64,000 bases of DNA from Chloroflexota bacterium (GTDB taxonomy: Bacteria > Chloroflexota > Anaerolineae > Aggregatilineales > Phototrophicaceae). The stretch is taken from assembly GCA_039933955.1 (NCBI GenBank), contig JBDTNB010000008.1:20396-84395 (forward strand), written 5' to 3'. The notes below the pieces were generated by a model. It did not search any database and was not told the DNA's origin. It saw only the letters and a list, made by a program, of their open reading frames with translations. Shown here piece after piece: positions 50,612 to 60,855 of the stretch (position 1 is its first letter; the number at the start of each line of letters is the position of its first letter). A program made the position numbers and the translations under genes.

Positions 50612-52773
50612 TTCTTACGGCGATTGTGGAGGGTAGCTGTGCCGACCATGCCCGCGAAGCCGAAGATCATCGCAACCGCCAGCGACGCGGTATTTTCGCG
50701 CCCGGAGGTGTCACGTTCCTGCTCTCGCATCACAAACAGATCGTCAATGGCGTTGGCATAGACGCGCGGTGTGGCGCTGGCAGGCGGACAGCCGTGATTA
50801 CTGGCGAGTCCGGCGGCAAATGGGCAGCGATCAATCACGTCGTTCAAACCGTCGCCGTCCACATCAGGGAGGGGTGTCGCCGTCGGGATCGGGCAGCCAT
50901 TGTTGGCCGGGTCGCCCGCCACATTCGGGCATTGATCGACACTGTCGGCCAGTTTATCACCATCACTGTCCGGGCAGCCGTTGGTATCGGCTGGGCCGGG
51001 ATCGTTGGGGCATTGATCCGTCGGATACGAAATGCCGTCGCCGTCGGTGTCCAGGGAAGGTGCGAGACATTTGACCTGATCGTCACTCTTGGTCAGCGAC
51101 ATCACCGTGTCGTAGTATTTTTTGACTTCATCATACTGGATTGGCCCAACCGAAATTTCTTTCTGGTCGGTCACGTCGAGCAGCACGCGCTGGCCGATGG
51201 GCATTTCAACCGGTTTTTCGGACTGCGGGAAGCTGTAGCTGCAATCGCCGCTGCTGCCCGTGAAGCAGGTGAAGGCTACTTTATCGGGATCGTTGGGCAC
51301 GCTCACATCCGCCGGGATTTGTTTGGCGGCGACACATTCCGTGTTGGCATTGAATTTGATGCTGGCGTTTTGCTGCAACGCCACTTCGACGCCGCCGTTC
51401 TGAAAATCGCCGATATTGGCGTACATATCACCCTGCGGATAGAGCACGCTGTCCAGGCTTTCGCGGCCTGGGGCGTTATCGACACGGTTGACTTCGACAA
51501 GGGTGTCGTCCTGCAAATACAGGTTGGCCGGGTTGATATTGCGGCTGGCGTCGGCAGCGGATTGTTGGCCGACCAGCAGCAGGAAATTGATCTCTGGCGA
51601 GAAATACAACTTGCGCGTCACGACGGGCACGTTGGGGTTGGTCAGATAATACTGCACACCGACCTGATCGGGCGCGGCTAAAGTTGGGCGCAAAGTAGGC
51701 GTTGGGGTAGGGCTGGCTGTCGCGGTGGCAGTTGGTGAAGGCGTTGAGGTCGGCGTATAGGACAGCACCATCGCGATGTCATGAATCGACGTCTGGGTCA
51801 TCTGGATATCGTGGGCGGCGCTGCCGGTTGCAGCACTGTTCACCCCGAAAAACCCAATCAATAGCAGCAAAAGTACCCCGCCGCCGACCAGCCCCAGCTT
51901 TTGCCAGATGCTCAGTTCGCTGACAGCACGGACGGGTTTACGCGCCCGCGACGGCACGAACAACATCGCAATTGAGGTGTTATCGGCGGGATGGCGTGCT
52001 CCGGCATGGCGCATGAGCGCCCGCGCGGCCCGTTCGACATCATCTTCCATCGCATGGCGCAGGAATTCATCTTCCGAGATATAGGGTTTGTGGTCGATTG
52101 GGCTGATTTCGAACATGCCGTCCGAAGCCGCAAAAATGGTATCGCCTTCCTTGAGTACCATGCCTTTCTGGCCGATGCGGAAGGCGCGGCGGCTGTTGAC
52201 GAAGGACTTGCCGTGCTCGGCATAAAAACCGATGTCCACCTGAACCTCGGTATTGATACCGATAGCACGGGTGACGTAATCAGCGTTTTCCAGGTGCAAG
52301 GCTTCTTCAAAAGACATCTGACCGGCGTAGACATATTCGTTCGCCAGGGTGTGGTCGATATTCAGGCGTGCCAACTGCCCATCGCGCACCAGATAAAGAC
52401 GGCTGTTGCCGATGCTGGCGAGGTACATGCGCCCGAAAGGCGTGCCTTCGCTCTGGTCGATGCCGATCAGCGCCAGGGTGGATGTGCCCGCGCCGCGTAA
52501 TTCGCTGTAGACCACCTGATTGGCTTTTTCAACCGCTTTGACCAGCAGTTTGGGTACGTTGGTTTCGGTGCTGATCTGCATGAACTCGATGATGGTGCGC
52601 GAGGTCAGGCGCGCCGCCAATTCTCCGGCTTCACCGCCGCCTGCGCCATCACAGACCATCGCCACCTGAATCGTCAAGCCACCGGCAGTGGTGACAATAT
52701 CGTCGGCAGCATAATCTTCTAGGCGATCACGAGTGGTGATGTCTCGTTCGGAAAACGCGGTTATATGGGCCAT
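50608..52773 (-). CDS. PP2C phosphatase with TM helix and thrombospondin-3-like repeats
   Basis: LED, VCDGAGG, GNSR, TRAIG, SDG, DN; D.DGD...D.CP...GCP repeats. Confidence 0.88.
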   Translation of the reverse strand: MAHITAFSERDITTRDRLEDYAADDIVTTAGGLTIQVAMVCDGAGGGEAGELAARLTSRTIIEFMQISTETNVPKLLVKAVEKANQVVYSELRGAGTSTLALIGIDQSEGTPFGRMYLASIGNSRLYLVRDGQLARLNIDHTLANEYVYAGQMSFEEALHLENADYVTRAIGINTEVQVDIGFYAEHGKSFVNSRRAFRIGQKGMVLKEGDTIFAASDGMFEISPIDHKPYISEDEFLRHAMEDDVERAARALMRHAGARHPADNTSIAMLFVPSRARKPVRAVSELSIWQKLGLVGGGVLLLLLIGFFGVNSAATGSAAHDIQMTQTSIHDIAMVLSYTPTSTPSPTATATASPTPTPTLRPTLAAPDQVGVQYYLTNPNVPVVTRKLYFSPEINFLLLVGQQSAADASRNINPANLYLQDDTLVEVNRVDNAPGRESLDSVLYPQGDMYANIGDFQNGGVEVALQQNASIKFNANTECVAAKQIPADVSVPNDPDKVAFTCFTGSSGDCSYSFPQSEKPVEMPIGQRVLLDVTDQKEISVGPIQYDEVKKYYDTVMSLTKSDDQVKCLAPSLDTDGDGISYPTDQCPNDPGPADTNGCPDSDGDKLADSVDQCPNVAGDPANNGCPIPTATPLPDVDGDGLNDVIDRCPFAAGLASNHGCPPASATPRVYANAIDDLFVMREQERDTSGRENTASLAVAMIFGFAGMVGTATLHNRRKK

Positions 52774-53077
52774 CAGATGACGCTCATTCCAGGTTATAGG
52801 TCAGGTAAGTGTGCTGTTCGTGCTGTTGACTCTGATTATAGACGAGAAATCCCCGTGTAAAACGTAAATTACACAAAATTCACAAAATATGTGGGATGTG
52901 GAATCGCGGCAAAGGGTTGACGGTTGGAATTTCGGCTTTCATTATATTGATGCACAAAGCATTTGATGATGGTTCATCCCGCGCCGAATAAACACCCGGT
53001 AACTGGGGAGTGGGTTTCAAGCCATTCGCCCGTTTAATGAAAGAGAGGAATTTTACTCATACTTCAAAGGGAATATT

Positions 53078-53515
53078 GTGACTGACCAACCCGCTAGAAC
53101 CTCAACCTACAAACGCATTCTCTATACGATCATCGCATTTGTGACCGTCATTGGCCTCTTCATCGGATTCAAAATTTATCATCATATACAGGCACAAAAT
53201 GTAACCCAATCTATGATTGCAGCGGCTGTTCGAGCCAACTTTCCTGATTTTTGTACGGATGGACAAATCCTGGCAGCATCGATCAGCTACGATAGACCCA
53301 TACTCCTCACTGATTTCGATAATCAGTGGGGTATCAAATGTGACACATGGTTGAAAAATCCAATGGGTTTTTACGGGGATGTCACCATCATTGATGTGGA
53401 TCGGTGTACGACCATTCGCCCGATTGTTGGCACTGTGGGCGAATATTACTTCCAGTTCGAGAGCATCAACAAATCCAATGGCAAGAAATTAGCCGTTTGC
53501 CCACAGCAAAATTAA
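53078..53515 (+). CDS. Membrane-anchored hypothetical protein
   Basis: N-terminal TM helix, four Cys, low GC. Confidence 0.65.
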   Translation: MTDQPARTSTYKRILYTIIAFVTVIGLFIGFKIYHHIQAQNVTQSMIAAAVRANFPDFCTDGQILAASISYDRPILLTDFDNQWGIKCDTWLKNPMGFYGDVTIIDVDRCTTIRPIVGTVGEYYFQFESINKSNGKKLAVCPQQN

Positions 53516-53547
53516 AGTGTAGGTATCGTAAGCATAACTACTGCATC

Positions 53548-54068
53548 AAAAATTGTCCCTGCCATCGCCAAATGGCAGGGACAATTAACGAAAGTGCGTT
53601 GGTTTGATAACTTCCGCGCTGGTTTTTGCCGAACCCGCGCCGTTAAGAACTGATCAAGAAATTCAACAAAGGATGTTGACGTGAAATGACAAAGCGAACC
53701 ACAATCCTATATAAACGTCGAAGCCTTATGTCTATCGCGGTTGATTCAGAAGACTCTCCTTAAACCTACCGAGACTGCCGTTTGCAAGCCGTCCCAACGG
53801 TGTTTTATAAAGTATGCGATTGTTAAAGTTAGGAACGCACCACCGCGCGCCGACGTAGGGTGCGTATTCAGGTCGCTTTAGAATCGCAGGACTTTACACG
53901 AGTCCGGGGTGGGGGGACACGACGGCGAGGGTTTACGACTCATCGTCCACCAGGACTGTGACCCCAAACGCCCCCAGTTCCCACTGGAGCGTTTGATTTT
54001 TATCAGCTAAACCTCTGTAGGCGCAGATGTCTGAAAGGTAGTTTAGTCTATATCTGAATCATTGTCAA
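53548..54068 (-). ncRNA. Promoter and divergent ~490 nt RNA, module copy 5
   Basis: TTGACA(54068-63)-17-TAAACT; tagctg..caaacgc/gcgtttg, gtcc/ggac, tgtaaag, tgcgttcc; terminator 53548-53587. Confidence 0.6.
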
Positions 54069-54073
54069 GTAAT

Positions 54074-54313
54074 TTATGCGGGGCGTTCGTGAGGGCCGTA
54101 TCCATGATTGACGATATAGTTCCTCAGGTCTGGCAACCAAATATCGTAACCACTGGATCGTTTACGCAACTTGATTAAGCGTTCATCTTCCGGCAACCGC
54201 CAATTATGGGTTGCTAATCTCAGGACATGGATGCGACTGTAACCCGTAATTTCAGCAGCTTCAGTTACATTCACCCAAATTTCTTCGACTTTTTCCAGTT
54301 CAGCATCCGACAT
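54074..54313 (-). CDS. Small excisionase-like HTH protein, module copy 5
   Basis: IWVNVTEAAEITGY...GYDIWLPDLRNYI...GYGP. Confidence 0.87.
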   Translation of the reverse strand: MSDAELEKVEEIWVNVTEAAEITGYSRIHVLRLATHNWRLPEDERLIKLRKRSSGYDIWLPDLRNYIVNHGYGPHERPA

Positions 54314-54481
54314 GCGAAAACACTTTCAAACCCAAAATCACCGACCTCGATTATTGGCGCTGCGAGGGGCGAATGGGTTTCTATTTTTGCTTCGACGTTA
54401 TGTCAATTATAGAGGACTACTTGACATTAGATCAACATCGGGTAATTTCAGGCACACATTGAGAGTTTAAAAGGGCTAGTT

Positions 54482-55048
54482 GTGAAACTATCCATAAAAA
54501 ATAGAAAATTTCTATTTATCATAGGCATTTTGGTTGCTGTATTGGCGGCATGGCTTTTCATAGAGCGTTTATATTCATATTCAGATGGGTATCTTCAGCG
54601 TGTGCTCCCATCAGAATACGTTCCTACAGCAGAAGCCTTGATAAAATCTCGGCCTTCGCCACCCAAATTTGTGTTTAGTGTTGAACCGACTCCTGGAACT
54701 GTAATAAGTCCGCATGATCGAATATGTATAGTCATCAATCCCGAAGCGATAGATATTAACGATAGCGAAGTGATAGTAAATTCACGTATTTATATAAATA
54801 CTCAGGAAATTCCTAGGATGAGTTCTTCAGACTTCGATTACGAATTAACCTCACCAGAGATATACTCAACAGAATTCAGTTCATTAGACCATCGAAAACG
54901 TGTGCCGATGTTTTGCATGACTCTTGATTTGCCTGACGGGTATCATATTTTTAAAATTCAACTCGCCAGAACACTATCTGACATGCTGTTTCCAAAAGCA
55001 GAATACAGTTATACGTGGGCTTATGAGGTGAAATCGGATACACATTAA
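54482..55048 (+). CDS. AT-rich membrane-anchored hypothetical protein
   Basis: N-terminal TM helix; Ig-like ending YSYTWAYEV. Confidence 0.65.
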   Translation: MKLSIKNRKFLFIIGILVAVLAAWLFIERLYSYSDGYLQRVLPSEYVPTAEALIKSRPSPPKFVFSVEPTPGTVISPHDRICIVINPEAIDINDSEVIVNSRIYINTQEIPRMSSSDFDYELTSPEIYSTEFSSLDHRKRVPMFCMTLDLPDGYHIFKIQLARTLSDMLFPKAEYSYTWAYEVKSDTH

Positions 55049-55270
55049 GGCAGTTTGGGGTACAGATTGAAGAGGGCACGACCTGTCGTGCCCCTACGTG
55101 GAAAATCGCATCAGGATAGCGTTTTTCAGTCGCATTTAGGCGGCTTTTTCATTCAGATAGATGCTTGAGTATCTGGCGAACCCACGCAGCGAAAAATGAC
55201 TTACGGACAAGCCTTTCAACCCCTGGCGACACGGATGCATATATTCACAGTATCGAGTGAGCGTTACGAT

Positions 55271-56440
55271 TTAGCCCGCGATTCCCCATAAGGTGATTGT
55301 GCTGCCATAGGCGATCACCATGAGGAGTTTTCCATCGGGACTAAACCGCGTACTATAGACTGGGACATTGGGATCACTATCCAGCGTGACTTTTCCTACG
55401 ATTTTTGCCGAGGCCACATCCGCGAATTCCAGCAGGCTTTGATTGATTAGCAAAGCGACCAGACTGCCATCCGCGTTAAAATTAAATGTAGCAGGCGTAC
55501 CCGAATCCGCCTGGATGGTTGCTCCGGCTTTGCCTGTCAGGTCGTAGGCGGTCTCAGCACCTGAATCGTTGAGCAGCCAGAACGTTTGGCTATCGGGGCT
55601 GAACACAGCGCCGTTGCTGTAGTGCTGGCCTGTCGTATCGCCCGGAATTGTCGCCAGTACCTTACCGTTCGTCGTATCAACCAGGTCTGTCGCGCCGAAG
55701 GGGCCTCTGATTGCCAGCACATGCCCATCAGGACTAAATAAGATTTGGCCGCCGTTCACATTATCCGAGTGGAATGTCCACAGTATCTGGCCGCTGGTCG
55801 TATCCATGAATTGCATATCGCCCCGTAATCCAGATACGAGGACAGCTTTATCGTCCGGCGTGAACGTGGAAGCGCCGTCAATATCTCTGCTCGTTGGAAA
55901 GGTGAACAGCGCCTTTCCGGTGGCTGTATCGTACATTGTGTATGGAGGATTGGGATAGATGTTAGTATCCACGAAGGCCACAAATTTTCCGAGGGTGCTA
56001 AAAGTGAGACCGTAGTGTTGAGCAGGCAGATCAATCGGCACGGTTTTCGTCATTTGCGCGGATGCGGTGTCCCATGTCTCGATTATGCTGCCGTTAATCA
56101 CTATCAGGGTTTTGGTATCTGCGCTCAGATATTTATCACTGTGCGTGGTCGGAATAGTGGCGGAAATTTTCCCGGCAGTGAAGTCCCAGGCGTACAGCTT
56201 GCCATCGCTATCCGTATAAAACAGCGTTTTGCTATCGGGGCTGAATCCATAAAAGGTATTCATGCTCAAGCTGCCGAGCGATTTGAGCTGCCCTATGTTA
56301 TCCGCCGAGATAACGGCTAAGTTCGCCTCGTCGATAGGCACAGGCGTGGAGGCCAGTGTCTGAGCGGCTGCCAGAGAAAACGAGCCGAATAAAACGGCGA
56401 TCAATGCGGAAAAAAACATCATTTTATTGAGGCGAGTCAT
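55271..56440 (-). CDS. Secreted WD40/beta-propeller protein
   Basis: Signal peptide; repeated FSPDG/WD motifs. Confidence 0.85.
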   Translation of the reverse strand: MTRLNKMMFFSALIAVLFGSFSLAAAQTLASTPVPIDEANLAVISADNIGQLKSLGSLSMNTFYGFSPDSKTLFYTDSDGKLYAWDFTAGKISATIPTTHSDKYLSADTKTLIVINGSIIETWDTASAQMTKTVPIDLPAQHYGLTFSTLGKFVAFVDTNIYPNPPYTMYDTATGKALFTFPTSRDIDGASTFTPDDKAVLVSGLRGDMQFMDTTSGQILWTFHSDNVNGGQILFSPDGHVLAIRGPFGATDLVDTTNGKVLATIPGDTTGQHYSNGAVFSPDSQTFWLLNDSGAETAYDLTGKAGATIQADSGTPATFNFNADGSLVALLINQSLLEFADVASAKIVGKVTLDSDPNVPVYSTRFSPDGKLLMVIAYGSTITLWGIAG

Positions 56441-56548
56441 TGGCTTTAGCCTTTACTGGATCGGTAATTGCAAATCGACTCAGAGTGATAGGCTCCGTTA
56501 TAGCATAGTTTTGAGCATAGCGAGGCACAGTTTTGTGGTCATACACGA

Positions 56549-57655
56549 TCACGGCAGCGGACGCCACAACATTGACAGCCCAATACTCAGCGCCGCCAAC
56601 AGCGCGCCAATCGCGGTGAAAATGAAGCTGACCTCTTCGACATCATGCTTCACAATGATATTGGTGGGCAGGTTTTCAAAGACGCTGGTCAATTCCTGGC
56701 CGCTCTCCGCCGAATAATAGGTTCCGCCGGTCATATCGGCGATCTTTTTGAGCGTGTCCTCGTCAATCCCGCGCCGGAAACGCCCACCGGGGCCGCCGCC
56801 TTGACCACCCCCGCCGCCACCAGGAAAGCCGCCCTGACCGCCGCCGGGGAAACCACCCTGACCACCACCAAAGGGTTCATTCCCCTGGAAACGCGGGCTG
56901 CATCCGGCAAATTCACCGCCAAAAGCCGTGCCAAATCCAATTGTATAGACGCGCACACCACGATCAACCGCCTGCTGGGCAGCTTCAACCGGTGTGGGGC
57001 CAGCATTACTCGCGCCATCGGTGAGCAGCACAACAATGCTCGGCGCATAGGCTCCCTGGGGCACAGGCGTTGGCTGCACGGGGGAGGACGAGGCGTTGGT
57101 GCTCGGCCAGACATTATCATCAATTTCTGAAATCGTATCAATCGACTTGAGAATCGCGCTGCCAATCGCCGTCCAACGGCCAGTAAGCAGGCTGTTGATG
57201 GCTCCCTCCAACGCACGTTGATCGGTGGTGGGCGCTTGTACGACCTCGGCAAAACCGGAGAACGCGACCACGCCGATGCGGGTGCTGGCTTTCTGGCTGC
57301 GGATGAAGGAAATCGCGGCAGTCTCGGCAGCCACCAGACGGTTGGGCGAAATATCGCCGGAGCACATGCTGCCGGACACATCAATCGCCAGGATAATGGT
57401 CGTCTGGTTGGTGGGCACAGCCACCACAGCCACCGGACGCCCGAAGGCGATTATCAGGCTGGCGAGCGCGGCTAAAAATAAGCCAAAAGGTAAGTGGCGA
57501 CGCAGTTTGGAAAAGCGCGGGATCGCCGCCCTGACCAGCACCAAACTGGAATAGCGCACGGCCACCTGCCGCCGCCGCAGCGCCCAAATATACAGCGCAA
57601 TCATCAGCGGAATGAGCACCAATAAAATTAAAATTCCAGGCCAGATTAAACTCAT
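56549..57655 (-). CDS. VWA domain membrane protein (BatA-like)
   Basis: DVSGSM MIDAS, LLTDG, VYTIGFG. Confidence 0.9.
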   Translation of the reverse strand: MSLIWPGILILLVLIPLMIALYIWALRRRQVAVRYSSLVLVRAAIPRFSKLRRHLPFGLFLAALASLIIAFGRPVAVVAVPTNQTTIILAIDVSGSMCSGDISPNRLVAAETAAISFIRSQKASTRIGVVAFSGFAEVVQAPTTDQRALEGAINSLLTGRWTAIGSAILKSIDTISEIDDNVWPSTNASSSPVQPTPVPQGAYAPSIVVLLTDGASNAGPTPVEAAQQAVDRGVRVYTIGFGTAFGGEFAGCSPRFQGNEPFGGGQGGFPGGGQGGFPGGGGGGQGGGPGGRFRRGIDEDTLKKIADMTGGTYYSAESGQELTSVFENLPTNIIVKHDVEEVSFIFTAIGALLAALSIGLSMLWRPLP

Positions 57656-57800
57656 ATGCGGCCTCCGTTACTTATCATTTCCACCCTCACCCTAATCCCT
57701 CTCCCTCAGGGCGAGGGACTTTAAAATCCCTGTGTGACTCCCCTTCTCCATGAGGGATGCCGAAGGCAGGGGCTGGGGGGATGAGGGTTAATAATCTTCC

Positions 57801-58811
57801 CTACGGCACACGCCCCAACCAGAACAGCGAAAGCGTCCCGCCGATCAGGAAAATCAGGATGCTCAAGCCCGCGAAAATCGGCGTCACTTCCAATGGTTCA
57901 GATTTGACGACCAATTCCCGGTTGAGGTTGTTGTAAATGTCGATGAGTTCTTCGCGGCTCTGGGCGTTGTAATACGTGCCGCCCGTCAGTTGCGAAATCT
58001 GTTGCAGCATGGCCTCGTCAAGCTGGGTGAACACGCTGAAACCATCAATTTTCAAGGTTGTCCCGGCGGCGCTGCCGATGCCAATCGTATACACGCGCAC
58101 ACCACGATCTGCGGCGGACTGAGCAACTTCCAACGGATCGGGATCGTCGGTATTTTCGCCGTCGGTGAGCATAACAATCGCGCCCGATGTGTACACTCCG
58201 GCGGGCATCGGTGTCGGCGTGGGCGTCGGTTCTGGGGTCTGGTTGCTGTAATAATTGGTCTGTGGTTCCTGACCAGCATTGACGACGGTATTCAGCGAAA
58301 CAATCATGCCGTTGCCCAACGAAGTCCCGCGCGCCGGATCAAGACGGCGAATTGCCGCCAGCACATCATCCTGGTTATAAGTCGGCTGCTGGACGGCGAT
58401 GCCACTGTCGCTGAAAGCCACCACGCCGATCTGCACGGTGGGCGGTTGGCGCAGGACAAAATCCTGAGCAGCTTCTTTGGCGGCATCCAAACGAGTCGGA
58501 TCGAGGTCGTCGGCGGCCATGCTGCCAGAAATATCGAAAGCCAGCACGACTGTACCTTCGATGCGCGGCACGCCGACCACCGCCTGAGGTCGCGCCAGCG
58601 CGAAAATCAACAGCGTCAGCCCGATCAAAAATAATGCTGCCGGGATATGGCGGCGCACGCCCAACCGTCGGGTTGCGCTGCCGGATGTGATCGTGAGCTG
58701 CCCATAACGCGCGGCCAGTTGGCGGCGCTGGCGCTGCAAACGCAGGTAAAACCAGATCAGGACTGGAACCAGCAGCAGCAAAACGAGCAGTTGAGGCCAG
58801 ATAAACGTCAT
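57801..58811 (-). CDS. VWA domain membrane protein (BatA-like)
   Basis: DISGSM, LTDGEN, VYTIGIG. Confidence 0.9.
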   Translation of the reverse strand: MTFIWPQLLVLLLLVPVLIWFYLRLQRQRRQLAARYGQLTITSGSATRRLGVRRHIPAALFLIGLTLLIFALARPQAVVGVPRIEGTVVLAFDISGSMAADDLDPTRLDAAKEAAQDFVLRQPPTVQIGVVAFSDSGIAVQQPTYNQDDVLAAIRRLDPARGTSLGNGMIVSLNTVVNAGQEPQTNYYSNQTPEPTPTPTPMPAGVYTSGAIVMLTDGENTDDPDPLEVAQSAADRGVRVYTIGIGSAAGTTLKIDGFSVFTQLDEAMLQQISQLTGGTYYNAQSREELIDIYNNLNRELVVKSEPLEVTPIFAGLSILIFLIGGTLSLFWLGRVP

Positions 58812-58818
58812 TACTAGA

Positions 58819-59730
58819 TTACCCTGTGGTCAGTCTGCGCCGTTTTTGACGGATCGCAGCCAACCGCACAATCGCGCGAACGAGGTCTTCTTCGGTGGAG
58901 AGTGCCAGCGTATCGACGCCAGCCCGTTTAAACGTTTGGGCGAGATCAACTTCTCGCTGATGGGCCGCCGCCGCGAAGCGTTTACGAAAATTCAGGTCAT
59001 GGGTATCCACGTAGAGTTGTTCGCCGGTTTCGGCGTCTTCCATGATGACCAACCCCATATCCGGTAATTCGGTTTCGTGCGGATCCCACAAACGGACGGC
59101 AACGGTCTCATGTTTATGGTTGAGCAAGGACAGCGGACGTTCCCATCCGGGTTCACAAATAAAATCAGACACGACGAACACCAGCGAACGCTGTTTGATA
59201 CTGTTCAGGCCGCCCACCAGCAGGGGAGTCAGGTCGGTAAAAGGGGACTTGGGCAAAAGCGGCTGCTTGAGCAGTTGGTTGACGATGTGCAGCACATGGG
59301 TGCGCCCGCCACCCGCCGGGATCGTCCGGTCAATCTGGTTGCCGTACAAAATCGCACCGACACGGTTGCCATGCCGGGTTAATAAGCGGGCAAAGGTGGT
59401 GACGAAATCAATCAGCACCGTGCGCTTGAGGGCTTGTTCACTGCCGAAATCAATTGAGGGACTCATGTCCAGCAAGAACCAGGCGGTAATTTCGCGCTCT
59501 TCATTATATTTGCGCACGTAGGGTGAATCCATACGCGCCGTCACATTCCAGTCGATGTAGCGCACATCATCTTCCGGCTGATATTCGCGCAGGTCGGCGA
59601 AATCAATGCCGTAGCCGTAAAACAGGCTGCGATAATCACCCTGCAACAATCCATCCAGACGGCGGATGACTTTCCAGTCCAGCCGTTGCAGGACGCGCTC
59701 AGGCGTGGTTAGGGACGGTTTTTGGTTCAT
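58819..59730 (-). CDS. DUF58 protein
   Basis: FADLREYQPEDDVRYIDWNVTAR, SDF. Confidence 0.92.
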   Translation of the reverse strand: MNQKPSLTTPERVLQRLDWKVIRRLDGLLQGDYRSLFYGYGIDFADLREYQPEDDVRYIDWNVTARMDSPYVRKYNEEREITAWFLLDMSPSIDFGSEQALKRTVLIDFVTTFARLLTRHGNRVGAILYGNQIDRTIPAGGGRTHVLHIVNQLLKQPLLPKSPFTDLTPLLVGGLNSIKQRSLVFVVSDFICEPGWERPLSLLNHKHETVAVRLWDPHETELPDMGLVIMEDAETGEQLYVDTHDLNFRKRFAAAAHQREVDLAQTFKRAGVDTLALSTEEDLVRAIVRLAAIRQKRRRLTTG

Positions 59731-60700
59731 GCAATGGAACCTTTGGCAGCGGAATACGGTTGATGATTTTGGTCAGGATGTCGGCACTGCTGACTTCATC
59801 GGAAAGGGCTTCATAGGTCAGCACCAGACGATGCTGCATCACATCCAGCGCCATATCGCGCACATCCTGCGGCAGCACATAATTGCGCCCGCGCACGAAG
59901 GCCAGCGCCCGTGCCGTCAAAATGAGATTGATGGATGCACGGGGACTCGCGCCGTACATAATGTAGCGCCGGATGTCTTTCAATTCGCGGTCTTGCGGGT
60001 CGCGGGTTTCCGAGACCAGCTTCACCGAATATTCGATCAAAGCCGGATCAACATACACTTTGTCGGCTTCAAGCTGCAAACGGATCAGTTGATCGGTGGT
60101 CAAGACCTGGGTCACGGCCTGTAGGGCGCTGGTCATACGCTCGACGATCACAAATTCTTCGGTGGCGCTGGGATACCCGACGATCACCTTGAGCATGAAG
60201 CGATCCACCTGGGCTTCGGGCAAAGCGTATGTGCCTTCGGCTTCGATGGGGTTCTGAGTCGCCAACACTAAAAAGGGATTGGGGACTTTATGCGTCTCGC
60301 GCCCAATCGTCACCTGGCGTTCCTGCATAACTTCCAGCAGCGCACTCTGGACTTTGGCCGGGGCGCGGTTAATTTCATCCGCCAGGAGCAGATTGGTGAA
60401 CACTGGCCCCAACGAGGTGGCGAATTCGCCAGTTTTTTGATTGTAGATGCGGGTTCCGACCAGATCAGCCGGAACCAGATCGGGCGTGAATTGGATGCGT
60501 TTAAATTCGCCGCCAATCGACTCGGCCAGAGTCTTAATCGCCATCGTCTTCGCCAGACCGGGAACACCTTCCACCAAGATATGTCCGCGTGCCAGCAGCG
60601 CAATAATCAGGCGTTCCAGCAAATGATCCTGCCCAACGATGACCTTTTTGACTTCGTATAACACCTGCTCAAGCGGTGTGCCGTTCTCACTTTGATTCAT
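59699..60700 (-). CDS. moxR: MoxR AAA+ ATPase
   Basis: GVPGLAKT, RIQFTPDL, DEINRAPAKVQSALLE, ATQNP. Confidence 0.95.
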   Translation of the reverse strand: MNQSENGTPLEQVLYEVKKVIVGQDHLLERLIIALLARGHILVEGVPGLAKTMAIKTLAESIGGEFKRIQFTPDLVPADLVGTRIYNQKTGEFATSLGPVFTNLLLADEINRAPAKVQSALLEVMQERQVTIGRETHKVPNPFLVLATQNPIEAEGTYALPEAQVDRFMLKVIVGYPSATEEFVIVERMTSALQAVTQVLTTDQLIRLQLEADKVYVDPALIEYSVKLVSETRDPQDRELKDIRRYIMYGASPRASINLILTARALAFVRGRNYVLPQDVRDMALDVMQHRLVLTYEALSDEVSSADILTKIINRIPLPKVPLHEPKTVPNHA

Positions 60701-60855
60701 CGGCGACTTCCTTTAATGGTTGCGATTCCTATTTGTTCGATGCTCACTTAGCACTGTTTTTTCCATCCCCTCACCCTAGCCCCCTCCCCACTTCGTAGAG
60801 AGGGGGAATTAAGAGGAAAACTTGCCACCCTATTGACTATCCTAGCAATCAAGGT

